DNA of 64,000 nucleotides from Macrostomum hystrix. Lineage: Eukaryota; Animalia; Platyhelminthes. A model generated the notes under the pieces. That model was not told where the DNA came from, ran no database searches, and was given only the letters and a program-made list of their open reading frames with translations. Below are positions 13,114 through 24,653 of the stretch, piece by piece (the first letter of the stretch is position 1; every line of letters starts with the position of its first letter). The DNA is taken from the NCBI GenBank assembly GCA_950097015.1, contig CATNEN010000038.1, positions 5,580,001-5,644,000 of the forward strand, read 5' to 3'. A program made the position numbers and the translations under genes.

Positions 13114-16100
13114 ATGCCAGAGCTGTTCAACATTGACTGCGGAAGGGCTGCCAAGTCGCTTTTGCCTATCGCTAGCTGGCTGCCGAAGTACAGGTGAGGG
13201 TCAACACAGTAATCTGCAGTGTGAGAACAGTAATCTGCAGTGTGAGAACAGTAATCTGCAGTGTGAGAACAGTGAGCTGCAGTGTGAGAACAGTGAGCTG
13301 CAGTGTGAGAACAGTGAGCTGCAGTGTGAGAACAGTGAGCTTCAGTGTGAGAACAGTGAGCTGCAGTGTGAGAACAGTTAGCTTCAGTGTGAGAAAAGTG
13401 AGCTGCAGTGTGAGAACAGTGAGCTGCAGTGTGAGGACAGTGAGCTGCAGTGTGAGAACAGTGAGCTTCAGTGTGAGAACAGTGAGCTGCAGTGTGAGAA
13501 CAGTGAGCTGCAGTGTGAGAACAGTTAGCTTCAGTGTGAGAAAAGTGAGCTGCAGTGTGAGAACAGTGAGCTGCAGTGTGAGGACAGTGAGCTGCAGTGT
13601 GAGAACAGTGAGCTTCAGTGTGAGAACAGTGAGCTGCAGTGTGAGGACAGTGAGCTGCAGTGTGAGGACAGTGAGCTGCAGTGTGAGGACAGTGAACTGC
13701 AGTGTGAGGACAGTGAACTGCAGTGGAAGTATCTAAAAAGCAAATTGATGGCATATTAAAAGTGAATTGATATAGGGTAATGTCATGTACATGACCAATC
13801 AGGTGTGCATAATAAAATATGAATCTGTGTTAGTGCATTGTGTGTCTGTGATTTCATTCTGAATAATCTGTATCTGAGTATCTCGACTAGTTTTTCCTAA
13901 TGTTGAATAATTCATGCGCACCACAGAGCATTGCAGTGGAGGTTATGTTATGACTCTTTAATGGCTGTGTTGTGCTGACCAAATTAGTGCTCAAATCTCA
14001 GCAGCGTTGGGTTTCGTTATTCGGTCTAGATTAGATAGCCCGAACTTTTCTGCTTTCATTTGCTCGCAATTTGACGAGATACCAGCTCAATGTTGACCGC
14101 ATAACCTATTTTCCGTATGCTGCCGCGACTGTAAACCGTTAAAATCGGAAGCGATCAGCAAAATAGAAAATCACATCAGCAAATCAATCGATTAGTTTCA
14201 AACAAATCGATCACATCCTCAAATCAGTCGATCACATCATCAAATCAGTCGATCACATCATCAAATCAGTCGATCACCTCATCAAATCAGTCGATCACCT
14301 CATCAAATCAGTCGATAACATCATCAAATCAGTCGATCACATCATCAAATCAGTCGATCACCTCATCAAATCAGTCGATCACATCCTCAAATCAATCGAT
14401 CACATCCCCAGATCAGTCGATCACATCCTCAAATCAATCGATAGCATCCTCAGATGAATCGATCACATCATCAAATCAGTCGATAGCATCCTGAAATCAG
14501 TCGATCACATCATCAAATCAATCGATCACATCATCAAATCAATCGATCACATCCTCAAATCAATCGATCACATCATCAAATCAATCGATCACATCCTCAA
14601 ATCAATCGATCACATCCCCAAATGAATCGATCACATCCCCAAATCAATCGATCGCATCCTGAAATCAGTCGATCGCATCCTGAAATCAGTCGATCACATT
14701 ATCAAATCAATCGATCACATCATCAAATCAGTCGATCACATCATCAAATCAATCGATCACATCATCAAATCAGTCGATCACCTCATCAAATCAGTCGATC
14801 ACCTCATCAAATCAGTCGATCACATCATCAAATCAATCGATCACATCATCAAATCAATCGATCACATCCTCAAATCAAAAAGTCACGCACCGCCGGTTCC
14901 GCAGCCCGCCGAAGCTGCGTCAGGACATTGTGGCAGGCCTGACTGTGGGGCTGATGGTGATTCCTCAGGGCCTGGCCTTCGCCCAAATCGCCGAGCTGCC
15001 AGTTCAGTACGGCCTGTACTCCGCCTTCATGGGCCCGTTTGTCTACTGCCTGCTGGGCACCTCCAAGGACACAACGCTGGGGCCGACTGCCATCATGTCG
15101 CTGCTGACGGCCACTTACAATGCGGCTCCTGGACCGTCGCCGAAGTCGACAGTCTACGCCGTGCTGATGTGCTTCGCCTGTGGCATTGTGCAATTTGCGA
15201 TGGGCATTCTGCGGCTGGGCAGCCTGGTGAAGTTTATCTCCCTGCCCGTGGTCAGCGGCTTTACCACATCGGCTGCTGTGACCATCGCCTGGGGACAGGT
15301 CAAGGTGCTTCCCAAGGAATTCTCCCAAGAATGGAATTATCCCTAGAATAGAATTATCCACAGAATAAAATTATCCCCAGAATAGAATTATCCACCGAAT
15401 GGAATTATCCCTAGAATGGAATTATCCCCACAATTATCCCAAGAATGGAATTATCCCCAGAATGAAATTATCCACAGAATAAAATTATCCCCAGAATAGA
15501 ATTATCCACCGAATGGAATTATCCCTAGAATGGAATTATTCTTAGAATAGAATTATCCATAGAGAATTGTCCCAGAATTGTCCACAGAATTATCCCCTGA
15601 ATGGAATTATCCACAGAATTGTCCCCTGAATGGAATTGTCCACAGAATTGTCCCCTGAATGGAAGTGGGTTCGATTGCTACAGGCGCACAAAGTCAGTTT
15701 TTAGTCCAAACCTCGACCGCATTTCGTTTCCGCAGTCGCTGTTGGGGCTGAAGCACATCTCGAGTTCGCTGCCAATTTCTGTGTACCAGATCTGTCGGGA
15801 CATCAGGCAGGCAAAGTTAGTCCGCTGATATTCGCCAATTTTGAGCTGTTTTTTATCTTTAATGGTTTTTGCTACACTATTAACCGGAAGTCTAACTGTT
15901 ACTGGAAATGTCCGATCCGATCTGGTTTCGGTCTGACCGATCGCTGTTATCAAATCCTTTGATTTCCAGCTGCCAGGATGTTATTCTTGGTGTGAGCTGC
16001 ATGGCAGTGCTGCTACTTCTCATGGTGAGTTCGGTGCGAAATTGTGACTGCTCACTAATACAAGTCTCTAGTGGAACTTATGATTTGGTCGCTTTTAAAT

Positions 16101-19100
16101 ATTTACAATGCAGACAGTATTTTTGAGTTGACACAGACAGTTGACTCGACCTTTGAGTAGTAAAATAAGATCGTCCCTTTGTGATTAAAGAATCTGTGTT
16201 TTGTGGGATAAATCCCTTTGAGATAAATCCCTTTGGAATAAATCCATTTGGAATAAATCCCTTTGGGGATAAATCCATTTGGGATAAATCCCTTTGGGAT
16301 TATTCCGTTCAGTATAAAATTTTCTCGTTTTGTTATCGAAAGTGCATCAGTCACGATAAGGATTCAGAGGTATTCAAAAAGGTCCCAGTATTCTTCCCGC
16401 ATGCACAGTAGATAATAAGCCAATGAATGGACATTGAGCACGCTCTGCTGAGTTCTTTGCTGAGTGCCCTAAGCGAGCGAGTTAGGAGGCTGCCTCATCA
16501 GCATTCCGGGTGTGTCCCAATCGTCCGCTTTCATCCGAACGAGAGATCCGCTGCTCGTTCGGGCCTGACTGGCAAATAATTTTGAGTAGCTTCCCTATGT
16601 GGAATTGAGTCCAGAAAGTTGCACAAAACCAGCCGGCTGCAATCCGTAGATTGAGGTCTGGCTTTGCACTTAGGGCAGACCGTGTCAGATGAACGGATAT
16701 TCTGTGGATGTCTGAGCAGAACTAAATAGTTCCAATTGTTTTATTAGTGTAGTGATTGAACGATAAGATCTTTAGACTATAAAAGTACATTTCAATTTTC
16801 TCGCTGCAGATGATCCAGAAGGACATCCAGGCTGCTGCTGACAGCGACAGCCGGTCTGGTGGTGACGGTCGGGGCGTCTGTGTCAGCGCCTCACGAACCT
16901 TCCTGACTATCATCTGCTCAGGTCTACTTTTTAGCGTTTTTAGGGTCACTAAATCAACAGCTGACCCATCTAACAGATCCTCAGCTGACCCATCCACCAG
17001 CTGACCCATCTAACAGATCCCCAGCTGACCCATCTACCAGATCCCCAGCTGACCCATCTAACAGATCCCCAGCTGACCCATCTACCAGATCCCCAGCTGA
17101 CCCATCTACCAGATCCCCAGCTGACCCATCTAACAGATCCCCAGCTGACCCATCTACCAGATCCCCAGCTGACCCATCTACCAGATCCCCAGCTGACCCA
17201 TCTACCAGATCCCCAGCTGACCCATCTACCAGATCCCCAGCTGACCCATCCACCAGCTGACCCATCCACCAGATTCCCAGCTGACCCACCCACCAGATCC
17301 CCAGCTGACCCACCCACCAGATTCCCAGCTGAGCCACCAACCAGATTCCCAGCTGACCCATCCACCAGATTCCCAGCTGACCCACCCACCAGCTGACCCA
17401 TCCACCAGCTGACCCACCCACCAGATCCCCAGCTGACCCATCCACCAGATCCCCAGCTGACCCACCTACCAGATCCCCAGCTGACCCATCCACCAGAATC
17501 CCAGCTGACCTATCTACCAGATCCCCAGCTGAGCCATCCACCAGATTCCCAGCTGACCCAACCACCAGATCCTCAGCTGACCCACCCACCAGATCCCCAG
17601 CTGACCCACCCACCAGATCCCCAGCTGACCCATCACAGCCCACTCCTCTCCAGCTCGCAACGCCATTGTGGTGGCCTGCGCCGGACTGGTGGCATTCGCC
17701 CTACCGGGCAGCCAGCTGTCTCTGACTCCGCCAGTTCAGTCCGGTCTACCAAAGTTTCGAGTTCCGGACTTCCAGCTGACAAACGGCAGCCAAGAACTGC
17801 GGGATTTCGGACAGATCGCCAGTGTGAGCGGCTGTCAATCTTGTCGGCTTTCGAAATTCAATTAATTGTTACATTTCCGTTCGAATGTCAGATTCTGTGA
17901 CGTGAAATTTATCGACCTGACTTTGTTCTGTTCTGTTTCAGGACATTGGAATTGGCTTTGCTGTAATCCCTTTCATTGGCCTTGTTGAGACCATTGCAAT
18001 CTCCAGGGTGTTTGGTGAGTCAGCAATCCCAAGCCTTTCAATGCAATCCCAAGCCCACCAATGCAATCCCAAGCCTGTCAATGCAATCCCAAGCCTGTCA
18101 ATGCAATCCCAAGCCTGTCAATGCAATCCCAAGCCTGTCAATGCAATCCCAAGCCTGTAAATGCAATCCCAAGCCTGTAAATGCAATCCCAAGCCTGTCA
18201 ATGCAATCCCAAGCCCACCAATGCAATCCCAAGCCCACCAATGCAATCCCAAGCCTGCCAATGCAATCCCGCAGCTCAGAGAGGTAATTATCGAATCGAT
18301 GCCAGTCAGGAGCTAGTTGCAATTGGCCTAGCAAACTTTGCCGGTAGTTTTTTCTCATCCTACCCTGTCACTGGCAGCTTTTCAAGGTTAGTAAAAGATC
18401 ACGCAGCCGATGTTGTTTACATTTGTACCACTTGAATGTTCTGACAAGCCCTTTAGAATTTTTTCAGGACGGCAATCAACAATCAGAGCGGTGTAAAAAC
18501 CCCAGCCGGTGGCATTTTTACTGGTGATTATCACACATTTTCTAATGTTTTATTTTTACAAATTTGATATCTATTTAGTTTGCACAACGCTGCTTAGTCT
18601 ACTGTAAGTAGAAATGCGTGTTTATAGGCATTGTTGTTCTACTGGCGCTGGCATTTCTGGGCGATCTGTTCAAATTCATACCACAGTCTGCATTGGCCGC
18701 AATTATAATCTTGGCCGTACTGCGGTTAATGGAGTTCAAGATGCTGCTCAAGCTCTGGTCAGTCAGGAGTGAGTCACCGACTTGAGTTTGGGAATTATGA
18801 TTTGAATTTGGGATCTCTGATTTTGAATTCAGAATTTCCGATATTCTATTTGGGATTTATGCTCTTGAATTCTGATTTAGGGATTTCTGAGTTTGAGTTA
18901 GGGATTTCTGAGTTTGAGTGAGGGATTTCTGAGTTTGAGTGAGGGATTTCTGAGTTTGAGTGAGGGATTTCTAAGTTTGAGTGAGGGATTTCTAAGTTTG
19001 AGTGAGGGATTTCTGAGTTTGAGTGAGGGATTTCTGAGTTTGAGTGAGGGATTTCTGAGTTTGAGTGAGGGATTTCTGAGTTTGAGTAAGGGATTTCTGA

Positions 19101-22038
19101 GTTTGAGTGAGGGATTTCTGAGTTTGAGTGAGGGATTTCTGAGTTTGAGTAAGGGATTTCTGAGTTTGAGTGAGGGATTTCTGAGTTTGAGTGAGGGATT
19201 TCTGAGTTTGAGTGAGGGATTTCTGAGTTTGAGTAAGGGATTTCTGAGTTTGAGTGAGGGATTTCTGAGTTTGAGTAAGGGATTTCTGAGTTTGAGTGAG
19301 GGATTTCTGAGTTTGAGTGAGGGATTTCTGAGTTTGAGTGAGGGATTTCTGAGTTTGAGTAAGGGATTTCTGAGTTTGAGTGAGGGATTTCTGAGTTTGA
19401 GTGAGGGATTTCTGAGTTTGAGTGAGGGATTTCTGAGTTTGAGTGAGGGATTTCTGAGTTTGAGTGAGGGATTTCTGAGTTTGAGTAAGGGATTTCTGAG
19501 TTTGAGTGAGGGATTTCTGAGTTTGAGTGAGGGATTTCTGAGTTTGAGTGAGGGATTTCTGAGTTTGAGTGAGGGATTTCTGAGTTTGAGTAAGGGATTT
19601 CTGAGTTTGAGTGAGGGATTTCTGAGTTTGAGTAAGGGATTTCTGAGTTTGAGTGAGGGATTTCTGAGTTTGAGTAAGGGATTTCTGAGTTTGAGTGAGG
19701 GATTTCTGAGTTTGAGTGAGGGATTTCTGAGTTTGAGTGAGGGATTTCTGAGTTTGAGTAAGGGATTTCTGAGTTTGAGTGAGGGATTTCTGAGTTTGAG
19801 TGAGGGATTTCTGAGTTTGAGTAAGGGATTTCTGAGTTTGAGTGAGGTATTTCTGAGTTTGAGTGAGGTATTTCTGAGTTTGAGTGAGGGATTTCTGAGT
19901 TTGAGTAAGGGATTTCTGAGTTTGAGTGAGGGATTTCTGAGTTTGAGTGAGGGATTTCTGAGTTTGAGTAAGGGATTTCTGAGTTTGAGTGAGGTATTTC
20001 TGAGTTTGAGTGAGGTATTTCTGAGTTTGAGTGAGGGATTTCTGAGTTTGAGTGAGGGATTTCTGAGTTTGAGTGAGGGATTTCTGAGTTTGAGTGAGGG
20101 ATTTCTGAGTTTGAGTAAGGGATTTCTGAGTTTGAGTGAGGGATTTCTGAGTTTGAGTGAGGGATTTCTGAGTTTGAGTAAGGGATTTCTGAGTTTGAGT
20201 GAGGTATTTCTGAGTTTGAGTGAGGTATTTCTGAGTTTAAGTGAGGGATTTCTGAGTTTGAGTGAGGGATTTCTGAGTTTGAGTAAGGGATTTCTGAGTT
20301 TGAGTGAGGGATTTCTGAGTTTGAGTGAGGGATTTCTGAGTTTGAGTGAGGGATTTCTGAGTTTGAGTGAGGGATTTCTGAGTTTGAGTAAGGGATTTCT
20401 GAGTTTGAGTGAGGTATTTCTGAGTTTGAGTAAGGGATTTCTAAGTTTGAGTGAGGGATTTCTGAGTTTGAGTGAGGGATTTCTGATTTCTGAAATTGGA
20501 TCCTGGATTGGGAATCTGACTTTCAGATAGTTAAATTATTCTCTTCTTTTTCATTCCCTCAGAAACTGATTGCGTTGAGTGGTTAATTACATTTCTTGTA
20601 ACCGTGGGAACAGATATTCAGGTAACCCCTACAAGATAGAAACAAAGTTCAGTTCATTAATCTATTTTTTGTTATAGCTTCCTAGTCGAGTTATTCTATT
20701 TAAATAATTTCAGTTTGGCATTCTGAGCGGCATTGCTGTGTCCTTTGTATTCCTGCTGTATAGATTCAGCAAGCCGGGTTTTGAGACTTCGGTGAGACCT
20801 GCCGCTGTCTGTCCGGTTTGAATCGGCTTTTAAAATCCCATTGAAAATCTAGCTAAAATCTATTTCTAATTCCCAAAAAACCTTTAGAATTATTTCTAAA
20901 ATTCAATTTCCATATTTAACTCTCGCTGAAATCCGATTGAAATCCCATTTAAACCCCATTCAAATCCCATAAAAATTCATTGAAATCCCGCTGAAATTTT
21001 CATCCAACAACAGACCCGACCGTCCGGTCTGGCCATTGTGACCGTGAAGACCGGGGTTCGATTCCCCGCAGCCGACGACCTGGAATTGAGTTTAGTCAAT
21101 GCGTCCAACCAGAGCAACGCTGGCGACAGCCGCGTCTGCGGCGTCTGCGCCGACCTGTCCCTCGTAACGGAAGTTGACTACGCAGTGATTGAAGCCCTGC
21201 GCAGAACCAGCCTGCAGCTCCACCTGACCAGCTGCCGCCTCTACGTAGTAGCCGGACAGGTGAGCCGCCTGCTCAAGTCCCACCGTCACTCCAACTCAAA
21301 TCTCATCTTTTCTTAACCGAATCTCACCCACTCTTAACCGAATCTCACCCACTCTTAACTGAATCTCACCCACTCTTAACTGAATCTCACCCACTCTTAA
21401 CCGAATCTCACCCACTCTTAACTGAATCTCACCCACTCTTAACTGAATCTCACACACTCTTAACTGAATCTCACCCACTCTTAACCGAATCTCACCCACT
21501 CTTAACCGAATCTCACCCACTCTTAACTGAATCTCACCCACTCTTAACTGAATCTCACCCACTCTTAACCGAATCTCAACCACTCTTAACTGAATCTCAC
21601 CCACTCTTACCCGAATCTCACCCACTCTTAACTGAATCTCACCCACTCTTAACTGAATCTCACCCACTCTTAACTGAATCTCACCCACTCTTAACTGAAT
21701 CTCACCCACTCTTAACTGAATCTCACCCACTCTTAACTGAATCTCACCCACTCTTACCCGAATCTCACCCCCTACCCAACTCTCACCCAAATCTCACCCA
21801 AATCGCACCCAAGTCTCACTCTAGTCTAATTAAATTGCTGTCCCAGGTCTTGTTACAGTACAGGAATCAGTTGTTTACCTAGAAAGTACTCCAGATCTCA
21901 TTCTCCCTCCCACCGCAGCCGGACGTGCTTTCGACTCTTCAGCGCGCTGGCCTTGAGGTGTTCCAGTCGCTGCAGTCGGTGGAGTCAGAGTTCGCCCTCA
22001 CTGGCGGAGCATCGGAAGTCACGCCTCTGATTTCCTGA
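13114..22038 (+). CDS. SLC26A11: SLC26A11-like sulfate/anion transporter, ~593 aa, 14 coding exons
   Basis: Exons 13114-13193, 14905-15304, 15736-15815, 15970-16024, 16810-16921, 17654-17823, 17942-18014, 18275-18386, 18468-18523, 18628-18768, 20563-20621, 20714-20791, 21014-21259, 21919-22038, all phase-consistent. Motifs LPIASWLPKYS, DIVAGLTVGLMVIPQ, YGLYSAF, GSFSRTAIN, STAS-like C-terminus. Confidence 0.9.
13200..13725. repeat. 21-bp minisatellite (GTGAGCTGCAGTGTGAGAACA)n starting at the intron 1 donor
   Basis: Direct reading. Confidence 0.96.
14200..14878. repeat. 21-bp minisatellite (ATCAAATCAGTCGATCACATC)n ending ~25 nt before an acceptor
   Basis: Direct reading. Confidence 0.95.
15312..15664. 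repeat. 17-bp repeat (AATGGAATTATCCCTAG)n, intronic
   Basis: Direct reading. Confidence 0.9.
16205..16300. repeat. 15-bp repeat (GGGATAAATCCCTTT)n
   Basis: Direct reading. Confidence 0.85.
16958..17635. repeat. 24-bp minisatellite (AGATCCCCAGCTGACCCATCTACC)n filling an intron
   Basis: Direct reading. Confidence 0.95.
18022..18270. repeat. 20-bp minisatellite (ATGCAATCCCAAGCCTGTCA)n occupying essentially the whole intron 18015-18274
   Basis: Direct reading. Confidence 0.95.
18878..20486. repeat. 21-bp minisatellite (GAGGGATTTCTGAGTTTGAGT)n, ~76 units
   Basis: Direct reading; explains the 538-aa SEGFLSL ORF. Confidence 0.97.
21310..21800. repeat. 21-bp minisatellite (CTCACCCACTCTTAACTGAAT)n
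   Basis: Direct reading. Confidence 0.95.
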
Positions 22039-22099
22039 TGACGTGTCCTGAGCCTCAATCTGTTTGGATTGATTCGGATTCTGTTATGAACCTTCTGAG

Positions 22100-22712
22100 T
22101 TTTGGGTTATACCCCTTTGTAAATTGGATTCTACCCCCTTGTACGTTGGATTCTACCCCCTTGTACGTTGGATTCTACCCCTTTGTTAATTGGATTCTAC
22201 CTCCTTGTACATTGGATTCTACCCTTTGTTAATTGGATTCTACCCCTTTGTAGATTGGATTCTACCCCTTTGTACGTGTGATTCTACCCCTTTGTTAATT
22301 GGATTCTACCTCCTTGTACATTGGATTCTACCCTTTGTTAATTGAATTCTACTCCTTTGTTAATTGGATTCTACCCCTTTGTAGATTGGATTCTACCCCT
22401 TTGTAGATTGGATTCTACCCCTTTGTAGATTGGATTCTACCCCTATGTAGATCGGATTCTACCCACTTGTACATTCGATTCTACCCCTTTGCAAATCGGA
22501 TTCTACCCATTAGTTATTTGGATTCTACCTCTTTGTAGATTGTCTTCTACCCCTTTGTAGATTGTCTTCTACCCCTTTGTAGATTGTCTTCTACCCCTTT
22601 GTAGATTGGATTCTACCCCTTTGTTAATTGTATTATACCTCCTTGCACATTGGATTCTACCCCTTTTTAGTTGGATTCCAGCCCTTTGTATATTGGGTTC
22701 TACCCCTCTTTT
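22100..22712. repeat. 22-bp repeat (TTGGATTCTACCCCTTTGTAGA)n in the SLC26 3' region
   Basis: Direct reading. Confidence 0.9.
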
Positions 22713-23029
22713 GATTAGCTTCTCTAATCTATCCATTTTATCCATTCTACAATTTTAAATAGGGTTCTACCCACACTGCAGGTTGAAAATCAGGTTTTAC
22801 CCCTTTTGTATTGAATGCTACGCCATTGTAAATTGGATTCTATCCCTCTGGGTTCTTACCCCTTTTTAGATCTTGTAACGCTGCAGATTTTTATTGATGC
22901 TCACACATAAATGTTTTACGCATGTAACTCCTGGAATTCATTTGACTCTGGCTTCTGAGCTGAATACGGCACATATTTTAAGAACTATTTCAGATTTCAG
23001 CTTTCTATTTTTATCAGCTACATGTACAT

Positions 23030-23721
23030 CTATGATAAACCCATCTGTACACCTATGATAAACCCACCTGTGCACCTAGGATAAACCCATCTGTACACCT
23101 ATGATAAACCCATCTGTACACCTATGATAAACCCATCTGTACACCTATGATAAACCCACCTGTGCACCTAGGATAAACCCATCTGTACACCTAGGATAAA
23201 CCCATCTGTACACCTATGATAAACCCATCTGTACACCTATGATAAACCCACCTGTGCACCTATGATAAACCCACCTGTGCACCTAGGATAAACCCATCTG
23301 TGCACCTATGATAAACCCACCTGTGCACCTAGGATAAACCCACCTGTGCACCTATGATAAACCCATCTGTGCACCTAGGATAAACCCATCTGTACACCTA
23401 GGATAAACCCATCTGTACACCTATGATAAACCCATCTGTACACCTATGATAAACCCATCTGTACACCTAGGATAAACCCATCTGTACACCTATGATAAAC
23501 CCATCTGTACACCTATGATAAACCCACCTGTGCACCTATGATAAACCCACCTGTGCACCTAGGATAAACCCATCTGTGCACCTATGATAAACCCACCTGT
23601 GCACCTAGGATAAACCCACCTGTGCACCTAGGATAAACCCATCTGTACACCTAGGATAAACCCATCTGTACACCTATGATAAACCCATCTGTACACCTAT
23701 GATAAACCCATCTGTACACCT
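23030..23721. repeat. 23-bp minisatellite (TATGATAAACCCATCTGTACACC)n
   Basis: Direct reading. Confidence 0.96.
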
Positions 23722-23981
23722 TAATGTATACAGATGTAAATGCTGTAACATTTTTTACATAGATAATTTGTGTTTAATGATGCCTTCGATTCTTTGCAAT
23801 GAAGTACAGTAGATAGTTAACTTTTTTTACTTTTCTTTTAATACATTGAAATACAAGGAAATGTTATAATACTTAATGTAGACTTGCCTGTTAAAGCTGA
23901 ATATTATTGGCCGGATTTGCTGATACCCTTGACTACACCATTCTGCAATAATTTTAACTCTAAAACTTACCTAACACCCTC

Positions 23982-24322
23982 TGGTAGGCATCTACTCCCT
24001 CAGGTATCTACTCCCTCAGGTATCTACTCCCTCAGGTATCTACTCCCACTGGCAGGCATCTACTCCCTCAGGTAGGCATCTACTCCCACTGGTAGGCATC
24101 TACTCCCACAGGTAGGCATCTACTCCCTCAGGTAGGCATCTACTCCCTCAGGTAGGCATCTACTCCCTCAGGTAGGCATCTACTCCCTCAGGTAGGCATC
24201 TACTCCCTCAGGTAGGCATCTACTCCCTCAGGCATCTACTCCCACTGGTAGGCATCTACTCCCACAGGTAGGCATCTACTCCCACAGGTAGGCATCTACT
24301 TCCACTGGTAGGCACCCACTGG
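23982..24322. repeat. 20-bp repeat (GGTAGGCATCTACTCCCTCA)n
   Basis: Direct reading. Confidence 0.93.
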
Positions 24323-24653
24323 CATTACTCCTGAGTTACATTTCTTCGTCTGATAGCATAATTAATAAATCTTAAATAATTAATCAAATGAAATATAACT
24401 TAATGAATTATTTAACTATTTAACTCTTAATAGGAAACTGACAAGCTGTATTTGCATGATTGCATGTATAAATTGTACATCAAGCAGCTTCTATAACCTT
24501 GCATTCTGGTGTCTGGTGTCTGGCTATCGTCATCAGGCTATGAGTTTCAAGTCACGGTAAAAATGTTATTTATAAGTGTCGGACTATCAGGACAGGTGCA
24601 AATTGAAATGCAATTGGAATTGTCATTTGTCAGCAATGCTGCTGCTGCTGCTG

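Noticed and set aside
18914-20530. 538-aa SEGFLSL repeat ORF, and similar ORFs at 335, 8366, 11652-12772, 13083, 16970, 21296, 36713, 51001, 62714
   Set aside because: Stop-free frames of tandem repeats, mostly inside introns of phase-consistent genes; no coding signature
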